In this document: positions 9,750 to 19,042 of the stretch, piece after piece | Layout of the letters: each line of letters starts with the position of its first letter | How positions within the stretch are numbered: the stretch's first letter is position 1 | Assembly: GCA_013822395.1 (NCBI GenBank) | Contig: PNKK01000010.1 | Location: 4,470 to 68,469 of the forward strand | From: Anaerolinea sp. | GTDB taxonomy: Bacteria; Chloroflexota; Limnocylindria; Limnocylindrales; CSP1-4 | Direction of reading: 5' to 3' | Length of the DNA: 64,000 bases | Notes under the pieces: generated by a model | Database searches by the model: none | Told to the model about the DNA's origin: nothing | Seen by the model: the letters and a program-made list of their open reading frames with translations, nothing else | Position numbers and translations under genes: made by a program

Positions 9750-10927
9750 CAGCCGTCCGTCGACGAGGGAGAGAGGCGCAGCGCCCGGGGCGGCCGGGCG
9801 AGAGGCTCAGGGAGCCGCAGCGGCCCCGCCCCCGGCACGATCGCCCCCAGGATGCGCGCAGCGCGCGCGCCCGTGCAGCCGGGCACGACGGAGGAAAGTC
9901 CGTGCACGGTATGCCACCCGATGAGAGCGAAGGCGATGGCTTCCTTCGCGTCGGTCGGCGCCCCGAGCTCGGTCGACGGCCTGACCGTGACTCCGGGCAG
10001 CCGCTCGCGGAGCATCGCCATCAAGGTGGGGTTGGCGCAGCCTCCGCCGGAGACGACGAGCCCGTCGACCCCATGGCGCCGGACCTCGGCCGCGACCGTC
10101 TCCGCCGTGAGCGCCGTGACGGTCGCGACGAGGTCCGGGGTTCGCAACCCTGAGCGCCGGGCCAGGGCGGCCTGCAGGTAGGCCGCGTTGAACAGCTCCT
10201 TGCCGGTCGTCTTCGGGGCCGGCAGGGCGTAGAACGGCTCGCGCAGCAGCTCGGCCAGCAGCCCCGCGTCGATTCGGCCAGCTGCTGCGAGACGACCGTC
10301 CTCGTCGTAGCCCAGGGTGCCCCCGCCCGACGACACCACCGCCGCGTCGATGAGCGCGTTCGCCGGACCGATATCGTAGGCGAACGGACCCCTCGGACCG
10401 CGCAGCACCGTCATGTTCGCAATGCCGCCCAGGTTGAGCGCCGCCGGGTTGCCCGGCAGGTCGGCCAGGAGCAGCGTGTCCATCTGCGAGACGAGTGGTG
10501 CTCCCTGCCCGCCCGCGGTGATGTCACGGATCCGGACGTCGGCCACGACCGGGACGCCCGTCCGCTCGGCGATCCAGGCCGGCTGACCGAGCTGGAGCGT
10601 GCCCAGCGCCCGCTGTCCGTCGACCCAGTGGTAGACGGTCTGGCCGTGGGAGCAGATGAGGTCGACCGGACCGGCCCTGGCGATCGCCGCCGCGGCGACC
10701 TCGGCGAAGGCCTGCCCGATCAGCGTGTCCAGCCGGCAGACGTCGACGAACCGCAGCTCAGCCGGAGGCAGGGTTCGCAGCAGGTGGTTCCGCAGGTCCG
10801 CCTCATACGGCATCGTCGCCGTGTGGAGGACGGCTCCGTGGAGGACCTCCTCCCGCAGGTCGAGCTCGACCAGCGCGGCGTCGATCCCGTCGTGCGAGGT
10901 TCCGGAGATCATCCCGAGGACTCTCAT
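9749..10927 (-). CDS. anmK: Anhydro-N-acetylmuramic acid kinase
   Basis: MRVLGMISGTSHDGID, SHGQTVYH, GTLQLG, GGQGAPL, LNLGGIAN, DIGPAN, PKTTGKELF, AKEAIAFA. Confidence 0.96.
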   Translation of the reverse strand: MRVLGMISGTSHDGIDAALVELDLREEVLHGAVLHTATMPYEADLRNHLLRTLPPAELRFVDVCRLDTLIGQAFAEVAAAAIARAGPVDLICSHGQTVYHWVDGQRALGTLQLGQPAWIAERTGVPVVADVRIRDITAGGQGAPLVSQMDTLLLADLPGNPAALNLGGIANMTVLRGPRGPFAYDIGPANALIDAAVVSSGGGTLGYDEDGRLAAAGRIDAGLLAELLREPFYALPAPKTTGKELFNAAYLQAALARRSGLRTPDLVATVTALTAETVAAEVRRHGVDGLVVSGGGCANPTLMAMLRERLPGVTVRPSTELGAPTDAKEAIAFALIGWHTVHGLSSVVPGCTGARAARILGAIVPGAGPLRLPEPLARPPRALRLSPSSTDG

Positions 10928-11853
10928 CGGTCGGCCTCCAGCGCCGCGCGCAGCCGTCCCTGGGCCGCCGTGAGTCGGTGCTGCGCCTCGTCCACGTCGA
11001 GGTCGCGCCCGACGATCAGGATGGCGAGCTTCACGTCGAGGCCGGCCTGCTGCAGCGCCGCCTCCGCCCGGCCCCGGTCCGCCCCGGTGACGGCCTGGAC
11101 GATCCGCACCGCCCGCTCGCGCAACTTCGCGTTCGTGGCGCGCAGATCGACCATCAGGTTGCCGTACGTCTTGCCCAGCCGGACCATCGCGATCGTCGAG
11201 ATCATGTTGAGGACGAGCTTCTGCGCGGTGCCCGCCTTGAGCCGGGTGGACCCGGCCAGGACCTCGGGGCCGACGGGCACCTCGATCGGGTACTCGGCCT
11301 CGTCGCTCAGCGGCGTCGCCAGGTTGCAGGAGAGCGATACTGTGAGCGCGCCTCGGAGACGCGCGGCTCGGACGGCCGCGAGGACGAAGGGCGTCCTGCC
11401 GCTGGCCGCGATCCCGATGACCGCATCTGCCGCTGTGACCCCATGGTCTGCGATGGCCCGCGCCCCGGCATCGACGTCGTCCTCGGCGCCCTCGCTTGCG
11501 TTGAGGATCGCCTCGGGGCCGCCGGCGATGATTCCCTGCACCAGGTCGGGCGGTGTGCTGAAGGTCGGGACGCACTCCGACGCATCCAGCACGCCGATCC
11601 GGCCGGCCGTCCCCGCCCCGACGTAGAAGAGCCTGCCGCCTCGGGCGAGCCGGTCCGTGACGGCCTCGATGGCCGGCACGATCTGGCGCATCGCCGCGCG
11701 GACGGCCGCCGGGACCGTCGCGTCGGCCTCGTTCATGAGCCGGGCCAGCTCTTCGACGGAGGCGGCGTCGATCTCGCCGTAGCGCGGGTCGACCTGCTCG
11801 GTGAGCATCTCGTCCATCTGGTCGAGCCCCACGTCGTGGAGCGAGTGCCTCAT
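10924..11853 (-). CDS. murQ: N-acetylmuramic acid 6-phosphate etherase
   Basis: GRLFYVGAGTAGRIGVLDASECVPTF, EGAEDD, GIAASGRTP, GPEVLAGSTRLKAGTAQKLVLNMIST, YGNLMVD. Confidence 0.97.
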   Translation of the reverse strand: MRHSLHDVGLDQMDEMLTEQVDPRYGEIDAASVEELARLMNEADATVPAAVRAAMRQIVPAIEAVTDRLARGGRLFYVGAGTAGRIGVLDASECVPTFSTPPDLVQGIIAGGPEAILNASEGAEDDVDAGARAIADHGVTAADAVIGIAASGRTPFVLAAVRAARLRGALTVSLSCNLATPLSDEAEYPIEVPVGPEVLAGSTRLKAGTAQKLVLNMISTIAMVRLGKTYGNLMVDLRATNAKLRERAVRIVQAVTGADRGRAEAALQQAGLDVKLAILIVGRDLDVDEAQHRLTAAQGRLRAALEADR

Positions 11854-12740
11854 GCGCTGTCTCCATGTCGGGGGTCGAGGGCGTCGCGCAGGCCGTCGCC
11901 GAGCAGGTTCAGGCCGACGACGAAGGTCACGATCACGGCGCCCGGGGCGGCCATGGTCCACCAGGCCAGGTCGACGAGGGTCTTCGCGTCCAGCACCATC
12001 GATCCGAGCGAGGGCGCTGGCGGGGGCGTGCCGAGGCCGAGGAAGCTGAGGGATGCCTCGGTCAGCACCGCCCAGGACATCGACAGGGTCACCTGCACGA
12101 TGACGATCGGCAGGATGTTCGGCAGCACGTGGCGAAACAGGATCCGGCTCGTCGGGAACCCCAGGACGCGGGCCGCCTTGACGAAGTCGGACTCTCGCAG
12201 CGAGAGCACGGGTCCGCGCGTGACGCGCACGAAGATCGGGATGTACACGATCGCGATGGCCATCGCGATCGTGAGCCAGGTCCGAGCGAAGGCCGAGGCC
12301 AGCGCCAGGGCGAGGAGCAGCGGTGGGAAGGCGAAGAGCACGTTGGTGACCGCCAGAACGGGCGCCCGCACGCGACCCCCGAAGAACCCCGCGCTGACGC
12401 CCGCCAACGTCCCGATCACGGCCGACAGGGAGACGGCCACGACGGCCACGGTGAGCGAGTTCGCCACGCCGGCGATGCTGCGCGAGAAGATGTCCCGGCC
12501 GAACTGATCCGTGCCGAACCAGTAGGTCGGTGAGGGGCCCTGCAGCCGGTCGATCGGCGCCTGGGCGATCGGGTCGTGCGGCGTCAGTCCGAGCACCGCG
12601 GCTGCGGCCAACACGACGATGATCGCCGTGAGCAGGACCCCGATCAGGCCGCTGTGGCTGTGCAGGAGCCTGCGCCAGGCCGGCACCCGGGTGCGTCCGG
12701 TCGCCGCCGGGAGGCTTGGCGCTGCCACGTCCATCGTCAC
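11850..12740 (-). CDS. oppC: Opp/Dpp-type ABC permease
   Basis: FGTDQFGRDIFSR, EAA-loop FVKAARVLG, EASLSFLGLG. Confidence 0.92.
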   Translation of the reverse strand: MTMDVAAPSLPAATGRTRVPAWRRLLHSHSGLIGVLLTAIIVVLAAAAVLGLTPHDPIAQAPIDRLQGPSPTYWFGTDQFGRDIFSRSIAGVANSLTVAVVAVSLSAVIGTLAGVSAGFFGGRVRAPVLAVTNVLFAFPPLLLALALASAFARTWLTIAMAIAIVYIPIFVRVTRGPVLSLRESDFVKAARVLGFPTSRILFRHVLPNILPIVIVQVTLSMSWAVLTEASLSFLGLGTPPPAPSLGSMVLDAKTLVDLAWWTMAAPGAVIVTFVVGLNLLGDGLRDALDPRHGDSA

Positions 12741-13717
12741 GACGCACGCACCCGGGGGTCGATCAGCCGGTACAGCAGGTCCGTCACCAGGTTCACGAGG
12801 ACGAACGAGAGGGCGATGACGAGGACCGTGCTCTGGACGACCGCGTACTCCTTCTGCTGCAATCCGATGAGCACCTGCCGGCCGATGCCCGGGACGGAGA
12901 AGATCTGCTCGACGACCACCGCACCGCCGAGCAGATAGCCGAACTGGATGCCCGTCATCGTGACGATCGGCACCAGCGCGTTGTGGAGCACGTGCCGGAT
13001 CTGCACCTGGAGGGCTGCGACGCCCTTGCCGCGGGCCGTCCGCACGAAATCCTGGCTCTGGACCTCGAGCAGCGCGGAGCGGCCCGTGCGCATGATGGGG
13101 GCGGCGAGGCCGAACCCGAGCACCAGCGCCGGGAAGAGCATCTGCTGGAGGTTGAGCCCCGGGTCTTCGAGGAAGCGAGCGAACCCCTGGGCGCTCGGGT
13201 TGTAGCGGAAGTATTTCGATACGAGGGCCAGCAGGCCCGCGCCCAGCAGGAAGCCGGGGACGGAGAGGGCGGCGAGTCCCACCAGCTGGCCGGCCGCGTC
13301 GCGCGCTCCGTTGGGGCGGGACGCCGAGAGCATGGCGAGCGGGATCCCGATGAGCAGCCCGATCAGCGTCGCCAGGATCGCCAGCTCGATGGTGACCGGC
13401 AGCGCGGCCAGGGTCATGTCGAGCACGGACTGCCCCGTTCGCTGCGAGATTCCGAGGTTGCCAGTGAGCACGTTGCCGAGCCAGCCGAAGAATTGGACGA
13501 CCGGCGGCTGGTCCAGCCCGTAGTAGGCGCGCAGTGCCGCCAGCTGGCTTGGGGTGAGTGCTGCCGAGGCCTCCGTGCCCAACGACGCCGTGATCTGGTT
13601 GCCGGGGATGACCCGCAGCATGAGGAAGACCAGCACCGCGACGCCAAGCAGCGTGAGCGCCGCCTCGACGACCCGGCGAGTGACCCGGTGCCCGAGCACG
13701 GTCTGCACGTGGGACAT
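12737..13717 (-). CDS. oppB: Opp/Dpp-type ABC permease
   Basis: YGLDQP, GNLGIS, LPVTIEL, FVRTARGKG, GGAVVVEQIFSVPGIG, LIDPRVR; start ATG 13717. Confidence 0.92.
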   Translation of the reverse strand: MSHVQTVLGHRVTRRVVEAALTLLGVAVLVFLMLRVIPGNQITASLGTEASAALTPSQLAALRAYYGLDQPPVVQFFGWLGNVLTGNLGISQRTGQSVLDMTLAALPVTIELAILATLIGLLIGIPLAMLSASRPNGARDAAGQLVGLAALSVPGFLLGAGLLALVSKYFRYNPSAQGFARFLEDPGLNLQQMLFPALVLGFGLAAPIMRTGRSALLEVQSQDFVRTARGKGVAALQVQIRHVLHNALVPIVTMTGIQFGYLLGGAVVVEQIFSVPGIGRQVLIGLQQKEYAVVQSTVLVIALSFVLVNLVTDLLYRLIDPRVRAS

Positions 13718-13733
13718 CCCTTCGGCGTCGGTT

Positions 13734-13763
13734 CCCTGATGCCGCCCCGGGGCGGCATCAGGG
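13734..13763. promoter_or_regulatory. Perfect 30-bp palindrome/stem-loop between oppA and oppB (likely mRNA stabiliser or partial terminator)
   Basis: CCCTGATGCCGCCCCGGGGCGGCATCAGGG is its own reverse complement. Position after a binding-protein gene is typical for differential mRNA stability; function inferred. Confidence 0.7.
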
Positions 13764-13773
13764 GGAGTATGGG

Positions 13774-15366
13774 TCAGTTGACCGACGTGGTCCGCAGGTA
13801 CTGGAGCGACGCGTTCGGCATCGGGATGAAGCCGCTGACGCCCGCGGTCGTAGCCGTGTACGCGTAGCTGGAGAACGTCCAGACCCAGACGGCGTTGTCC
13901 TCGAGGTTCCTGGAGATCTGCGCGTAGATGTCCTTGCGCGCGGCCGGGTCGGTGGTCGTCTTGCCTGCAGCGAAGAGCTGGTCGAGCTCCGGCGAGGAGT
14001 AGCCGGCGACCTTGTTGAGATTGCCGGTGCTCGTGAAGTAGCGCCCGTACATGGTGTCCGGATCGGGTCGTCCGCCGTTGAGCGCCACGGCGGCGTCGAA
14101 GTCGGCGGCAAGCCAGCGGTCCACGTAGCCGCCGATCTCCATCACCTCCAACTCCAGGGTGATGCCTGCGTCCTTGAGCTGAGCCTGGAGGTTCTGCGCC
14201 TCGTTGACCGAGGTCGCGTACTCGCCCTGGGAGACGATCGTCTTGATCGTCACGCCGTCGGCGTAGCCAGCCTCCGCGAGGAGCGCCTTGGCCCTGGCCA
14301 CGTCGCGGGTCGGGCACGGCCGGGCGCTGGGGTCGCTGCGGTACGCCGGCGACGTGATCGGTCCGGTCACCTCGCCCTCACCCAGGGCGGCCGTATCGAG
14401 AACCTGCTGGCGGTCGATCGCGCAGGCGATGGCGAGCCGCACGTTCAGGTTGTCCAGCGGTGCGCGCCGGGCGTTGAGCTGGAGCACGTGATAGGCGAGC
14501 TGCGGCGTCTTGGTGACGGTGATGCCGTTACCGGCGGCGCTCCTCGCGACGAGCGGGTCATCGAGCACCGCGAGCTGGACATTGCCCGATTGCAGGGCGG
14601 CCACGATGGAGGTCTCGTCCGGGATGATCCGGAACTCGACGGTCGCGAGCTTTGGCGCGTCGCCCCAGTAGTCGGGGTTTGCCACCAGCGTGATCGACTC
14701 GTTCGCCGTGCGGGTCTTGAATTCAAAGGGACCCGTGCCATTGGGCGTCGTGTTGAGCGACGCCTCGGTGTCGTCCCTGGACAGCATCGCCAGGTTGACC
14801 GAGGCGAGTGACGCGAGGATGGCGGCGTCCGCGTTCTTGAGCTTCAGGACGACGGTCTGGGGATCCGGTGCCTGCACCTCCTCGATCGAGCCGAGGGATG
14901 CGGCCGCGACCGCTGCGGTGGCCTCCTCCCGGATCTTGTCGAGGGAGAACTTCACGTCGGCGGAGCTGAACCCCTTGCCATCATGGAACTTGACGCCCGC
15001 CCGCAGCGTGAACGTCAGGATCTTGCCGTCATCGGACGACTGCCACGACTCCGCCAGACCCGGGACCACGTTGAGCTTGTCGTCGAGCTCGGTCAGCGTC
15101 CCGTAGATCGTCCCGAGGATCGCCACAGCCTGAAACTGGGTGGCCTTCCACGGGAAGAGCGTGTCCGCGTCGCTGGTGATCCCCGCGACGAGGTCTCCGC
15201 GGGGGGCCTCCGTCACTTCAGCGCTCGCCGCCGGGCTGGGGGCCGCCGAGCTGGTGGCGGCCGGGCTGCCGGTGGAGGTGCCGCACGCCGCGGCCAGGAG
15301 CCCGATGACGGCGACGGCGACCAGGAGCCTGCCCCAGGCTGCCGTCCATGATCTGCGTGGATCCAT
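13774..15366 (-). CDS. oppA: ABC transporter substrate-binding lipoprotein (family 5), probably for muropeptides or amino sugars
   Basis: Lipobox LLAAAC, Ala/Ser/Pro linker, PGLAESW, TFTLRAGVKFHDG, GTGPF, NPDYWG; GGAGG SD. Substrate inferred from context. Confidence 0.92.
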   Translation of the reverse strand: MDPRRSWTAAWGRLLVAVAVIGLLAAACGTSTGSPAATSSAAPSPAASAEVTEAPRGDLVAGITSDADTLFPWKATQFQAVAILGTIYGTLTELDDKLNVVPGLAESWQSSDDGKILTFTLRAGVKFHDGKGFSSADVKFSLDKIREEATAAVAAASLGSIEEVQAPDPQTVVLKLKNADAAILASLASVNLAMLSRDDTEASLNTTPNGTGPFEFKTRTANESITLVANPDYWGDAPKLATVEFRIIPDETSIVAALQSGNVQLAVLDDPLVARSAAGNGITVTKTPQLAYHVLQLNARRAPLDNLNVRLAIACAIDRQQVLDTAALGEGEVTGPITSPAYRSDPSARPCPTRDVARAKALLAEAGYADGVTIKTIVSQGEYATSVNEAQNLQAQLKDAGITLELEVMEIGGYVDRWLAADFDAAVALNGGRPDPDTMYGRYFTSTGNLNKVAGYSSPELDQLFAAGKTTTDPAARKDIYAQISRNLEDNAVWVWTFSSYAYTATTAGVSGFIPMPNASLQYLRTTSVN

Positions 15367-15499
15367 GATCGCCTACCTCCGGTCGACCGCGGGCGATCCT
15401 CGACCGCGGGGTGGTCGGGCACCTCCGGCCCGGCTGGGGTCTGCGCCTTCATCGCCGAGCGCAGCACGCGGCATCGTTGCACCTGGCGCCGTCCAAGTC

Positions 15500-15545
15500 A
15501 AGAGTTGACACATATAGTAGATACTGCGTAAGGAACTGACATACG
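15500..15545. promoter_or_regulatory. AT-rich divergent promoter region (oppA / serine hydrolase-murR), probable MurR operator
   Basis: Clearly AT-rich patch with TTGACA on + (15505-15510) and ATGTCA-N17-TACTAT on the minus strand. Confidence 0.5.
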
Positions 15546-15563
15546 CCGCAGGGAAGGGCCCAC

Positions 15564-16694
15564 ATGCATCGCCTGCGCGAGGCGCTGACCGCCGGGCTCA
15601 CCGGGAGCCCACGGCCGCTCTACCCGGGCGCCGTGGCGCTGGTGGTGCGCGACGGATCCAGGCAGCCCACGGTCGCGGTGGGGGACGCGCTGCGCTACGA
15701 AGACGCCGACGGGACGGAGCTTCCGATCGGAATGCGGGTCGCGATGCGCAAGGAGACCGTCTTCGACGTGGCCTCTCTCACCAAGCTGTTCACCGCCACC
15801 GTGCTCATGACCCTGGTGGAAGACGGTCTGCTCGCCCTCGACGGGCCGATCGCCGAGCACCTTCCGTCGTTCGCAGCCGGGGACCGCCGGGCGGTCACGC
15901 TGCGGCACCTGCTCAGCCACACGTCGGGCCTGCCCGATCTGCTCCGGTTGTGGACCGACTGGCCGAACCCGGCTGCCCGCCGAAGGGCGGTCCTCGAGGC
16001 CCCGCTGAAAAGCCCACCCGGCACCGCCTTCGAGTATTCGTGCATCGGCTACGTCGTGGCCGGCTTCCTCGCCGAGCGCGTCAGCCGCCGGACGCTGCCC
16101 GAACTGGTCCAGGAGCGGATCTGCCGGCCACTCGGCCTTGCTGACACCGGGTACCTTCCTTCTGTTGATCGGGTCGCGCGGGCTGCCGCCACGGAGTACC
16201 AACCCCACCTGGGTCGGGGCATGGTTCGGGGCAGCGTGCATGACGAGAGCTCGTGGTCACTGGGAGGAACCGTGGGCAACGCCGGGATCTTCAGCACGGC
16301 CGCCGACCTGGCGAGGTTCGGCGAGACGCTGCGTCGCGGCGGCGAGGTGGACGGCACCCGGATCCTGCGGGACGCGACGGTCTCGGAGATGCTCCGCGAC
16401 CAGCTGCCGGAGGAGATCGACCCCGGGTTCCGACACGGGCTCGGCTTCCGCATCGGTGACGCCACGTTCATGGGAGGGCTCGCCGCGTCGGGAGCCGTCG
16501 GCCACACGGGCTTCACCGGCACGTCCCTGATGATCGATCCCACTCGCAGCCTCGTGGTGGTCCTGCTGACCAACCGGGTCCACCCGAGCCGGGACTGGTC
16601 CGACATCGCCGCCGTGCGACGCCGCGTCGCCGAGGTCGCCGCAACCGACGGCGCCGCAACCGACGGTGCCGCAACGAAGGAGAGACCCGCATGA
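15564..16694 (+). CDS. Serine hydrolase of the beta-lactamase class C/PBP fold, AmiE-like (putative MurNAc-L-Ala amidase)
   Basis: FDVASLTK (SxxK), LLSHTSGL, FEYSC, GHTGFTGT, LTNRVHP; no signal peptide. AmiE role inferred from the murQ/anmK context. Confidence 0.8.
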   Translation: MHRLREALTAGLTGSPRPLYPGAVALVVRDGSRQPTVAVGDALRYEDADGTELPIGMRVAMRKETVFDVASLTKLFTATVLMTLVEDGLLALDGPIAEHLPSFAAGDRRAVTLRHLLSHTSGLPDLLRLWTDWPNPAARRRAVLEAPLKSPPGTAFEYSCIGYVVAGFLAERVSRRTLPELVQERICRPLGLADTGYLPSVDRVARAAATEYQPHLGRGMVRGSVHDESSWSLGGTVGNAGIFSTAADLARFGETLRRGGEVDGTRILRDATVSEMLRDQLPEEIDPGFRHGLGFRIGDATFMGGLAASGAVGHTGFTGTSLMIDPTRSLVVVLLTNRVHPSRDWSDIAAVRRRVAEVAATDGAATDGAATKERPA

Positions 16695-17644
16695 CGCGAC
16701 CGGCAGCACCATTCCCAGCGCCGCCCGCCGATGGCGGCCGGGGTGTGCTGGTCACCATCCGCGCCGCTCTCCCGACCCTCCGTCCGGCCGAGCGCCGCGT
16801 CGCCGAGGCCGTGCTCGACGACCCTGCCGCGGTCGCCGGACGCTCGATCAGCGCACTCGCCAGCCAGTGCAGCACCTCCGGGGCGACGGTGCTCCGGTTC
16901 TGCCGCGCGGTGGGCTTCCGGCACTACCCGGACCTGCGCCTCGCCCTGGCCAGGGAGACCGGTCGCGAGGAAGCGGACAACGGCTCTGGCGTGCACCTCA
17001 CCGGTGACATCAGCCCGACCGACAGCCTCGAGCAGATCGTCGCGAAGATCACTTACAGCGACGCGCGGGCGATCGAGGACACGGCGGCCACCCTCGATCT
17101 CGGCGCGCTTGCGCGGGCGATCGATGCGGTGGCCGGCGCCGAGCGCGTCGACATCTACGGGATCGGCGCCAGCGGCTTCGTCGCCCAGGACCTCCACCAG
17201 AAGCTGCACCGGATCGGGTTGCTCTCGTCCGTCTGGCCGGACCCGCACGCGGCGCTGACCTCGGCCGCACTGCTGGGACCCCGCGACGTCGCCATCGCGA
17301 TCTCGCATACGGGGACGACGATCGACACGATCGAGGCCCTGCGGCTCGCGGAGGCTGGCGGAGCCACGACGATCGCGATCACGAACTTCGGCCACTCGCC
17401 CCTGACCGGGCACGCCCGGCACGTCCTGACCACGGCGGCCCGCGAGACGACGTTCCGGTCGGGCGCGATGGCCAGCCGGATCGCCCAGCTGGCGGTCATC
17501 GACTGCCTGTTCGTCGGCGTCGCCCAACGCTCGTACGAGCGGACGATGCAGGCGCTGGAGCGGACCTACGCCGCCGTGCAGGGCCGGCGCGTGCCCAGGC
17601 GTGAGTCGCGGCGGCGCAACCCGCCGTCCGCGCCTCGGGCGTGA
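16691..17644 (+). CDS. murR: MurR/RpiR family transcriptional regulator
   Basis: LRPAERRVAEAVL, SGATVLRFCRAVGF (RpiR HTH) plus SIS domain (YGIGAS, ISHTG, SRIAQLAVIDCLF). Confidence 0.93.
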   Translation: MTRPAAPFPAPPADGGRGVLVTIRAALPTLRPAERRVAEAVLDDPAAVAGRSISALASQCSTSGATVLRFCRAVGFRHYPDLRLALARETGREEADNGSGVHLTGDISPTDSLEQIVAKITYSDARAIEDTAATLDLGALARAIDAVAGAERVDIYGIGASGFVAQDLHQKLHRIGLLSSVWPDPHAALTSAALLGPRDVAIAISHTGTTIDTIEALRLAEAGGATTIAITNFGHSPLTGHARHVLTTAARETTFRSGAMASRIAQLAVIDCLFVGVAQRSYERTMQALERTYAAVQGRRVPRRESRRRNPPSAPRA

Positions 17645-17717
17645 GCCCCGGGTCAGGCACGAGGGCCGGTCCAGGTACAACTACTACATATGCTGACTGT
17701 GCTGTAGCATGAGGGTC

Positions 17718-18056
17718 ATGGCGGCAGCAGGACGAACCGGGAACGAGAGCGATCTGCTCGAGGTACGGCACGCGGCCATGCTCGTCGGCCGACATCCAGA
17801 GACGGTTCGGCGCTGGGTGTGGTCAGGCCGATTGGCGGCCCGTCGCTCGGGCAATCGTCTGCTGGTGGCGCGCTCTGACCTCGAAGCCCTTGTCCGGGAG
17901 CAGGGAGTCGTGCCCACCTTGGCCGAGTGGGCCGATCGGGTCCGGACGGCGCGCGGCAGATGGCGGGACCGAGGCTCCGGCCGCAGCGCCGCGGATCTGG
18001 TCATCGAGGATCGCCCGCGGCGCTCGCAGGCGGCAGCGTCGCATGCCGGTCGTTGA
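17718..18056 (+). CDS. Excisionase/MerR-like HTH antitoxin
   Basis: LLEVRHAAMLVGRHPETVRRWVWSGRLAA (HTH_17-like) with C-terminal SAADLVIEDR; overlaps the PIN gene. Confidence 0.75.
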   Translation: MAAAGRTGNESDLLEVRHAAMLVGRHPETVRRWVWSGRLAARRSGNRLLVARSDLEALVREQGVVPTLAEWADRVRTARGRWRDRGSGRSAADLVIEDRPRRSQAAASHAGR

Positions 18057-18471
18057 CGCCAGTGTGGTCGTGGACTGGGTCGCTCCGGGCGTCGATCCAG
18101 GGCTGCCGGCGGTCGCCTTGCTCGCCCAACTGGCGGCCGACGGAGCGGAGGTGGTGGCGCCTCGCCTGCTGATGGAGGAGGTGTCCAGTGCCCTGTTGAC
18201 GGGAGTGCGCCGAGGGCGCTGGAGCGGCGTGGCGGCCGACACCGCGCACGCTCTCCTTCGTGACCTGCCGGTGCGACTCGTCGACGAGCCCCGCGATCTC
18301 GACCGGGCCTGGGATCTCGCTCGCCGGTACGACAACCATCCGATCTACGACATGGTCTACGTGGCGCTTGCCCAGCGACGCCGCACGCAGCTCGTGACCG
18401 CTGACGGGGCGCTTCGGGAAGTGCTCGCCGGATTCGAGTGGATCGTCGCCCCCGAGCACCTCTTGCGCTGA
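18043..18471 (+). CDS. vapC: VapC PIN-domain toxin
   Basis: MPVVDASVVVDW, APRLLMEEV, IYDMVYVALA, LVTAD. Confidence 0.9.
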   Translation: MPVVDASVVVDWVAPGVDPGLPAVALLAQLAADGAEVVAPRLLMEEVSSALLTGVRRGRWSGVAADTAHALLRDLPVRLVDEPRDLDRAWDLARRYDNHPIYDMVYVALAQRRRTQLVTADGALREVLAGFEWIVAPEHLLR

Positions 18472-18515
18472 CCCGCCAGCCTGGAGGGCGCCTGATCCAG
18501 AGGCGGTTCGTCGTC

Positions 18516-18824
18516 CTACGGTTTCTTGAAGACGGCGTGACCGCCGATGCGTCGCCAGCGCACCGCCAACTGGCCTTCGATCCGGATCCACTCGAACGTC
18601 GCCCGGCCATCAGGGCCGCTGAAGCTCCACGTCATCTCCAGGATGCCCGGGGCATTCTCGACAGCTCTCACTCGAAGTGCGGCCGGCCACGCGTTGGTCG
18701 GGTCGATCGCATACCGATCGCATGATCTGATGAAGTCGCGAAGCGCCGCCTTGAAGAGATCCTGCTCGGACGCTGAGAGGCGCTTGTAGTCGGCCTTGAA
18801 CGAGGCGAGGACGGCGAAACTCAC
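18516..18824 (-). CDS. RelE/ParE-like toxin family protein
   Basis: SFKADYKRL...GILEMTWS...DGRATFEW...WRRIGGHAVFKKP resembles small RelE-fold toxins. Confidence 0.6.
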   Translation of the reverse strand: MSFAVLASFKADYKRLSASEQDLFKAALRDFIRSCDRYAIDPTNAWPAALRVRAVENAPGILEMTWSFSGPDGRATFEWIRIEGQLAVRWRRIGGHAVFKKP

Positions 18825-18827
18825 CGA

Positions 18828-18935
18828 CTATGCGTCGAGATGGGCGATCAGCTCGTCCGCACCTTCGACGACGACCTGTCCGGCAGCGATATCAGGGTCT
18901 GCTTCGCGTTCCATCGCCTGCCAGCGATCGGTCCG
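18828..18935 (-). pseudogene. C-terminal remnant of an AbrB/MazE-type antitoxin
   Basis: Reads RTDRWQAMEREADPDIAAGQVVVEGADELIAHLDA*, resembling the 'WFWTxxWQxxEREADxDIAAG' tail of AbrB antitoxins. Upstream there is no start codon before an in-frame TAG. Confidence 0.6.
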
Positions 18936-19042
18936 CTCGACCGACCTCCGCTGGAGGATCGCGAGGTCCTCGTGTATCCCGTGCGAGACGGGAAGGTCTC
19001 CGAGGTCCTGGGAGCACCCGGGAGACCTCTATGCGTAACTCG

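Noticed and set aside
15564-16694. Beta-lactam resistance gene
   Set aside because: No signal peptide, YSC instead of YxN, and a MurNAc-recycling context point to an AmiE-like hydrolase.
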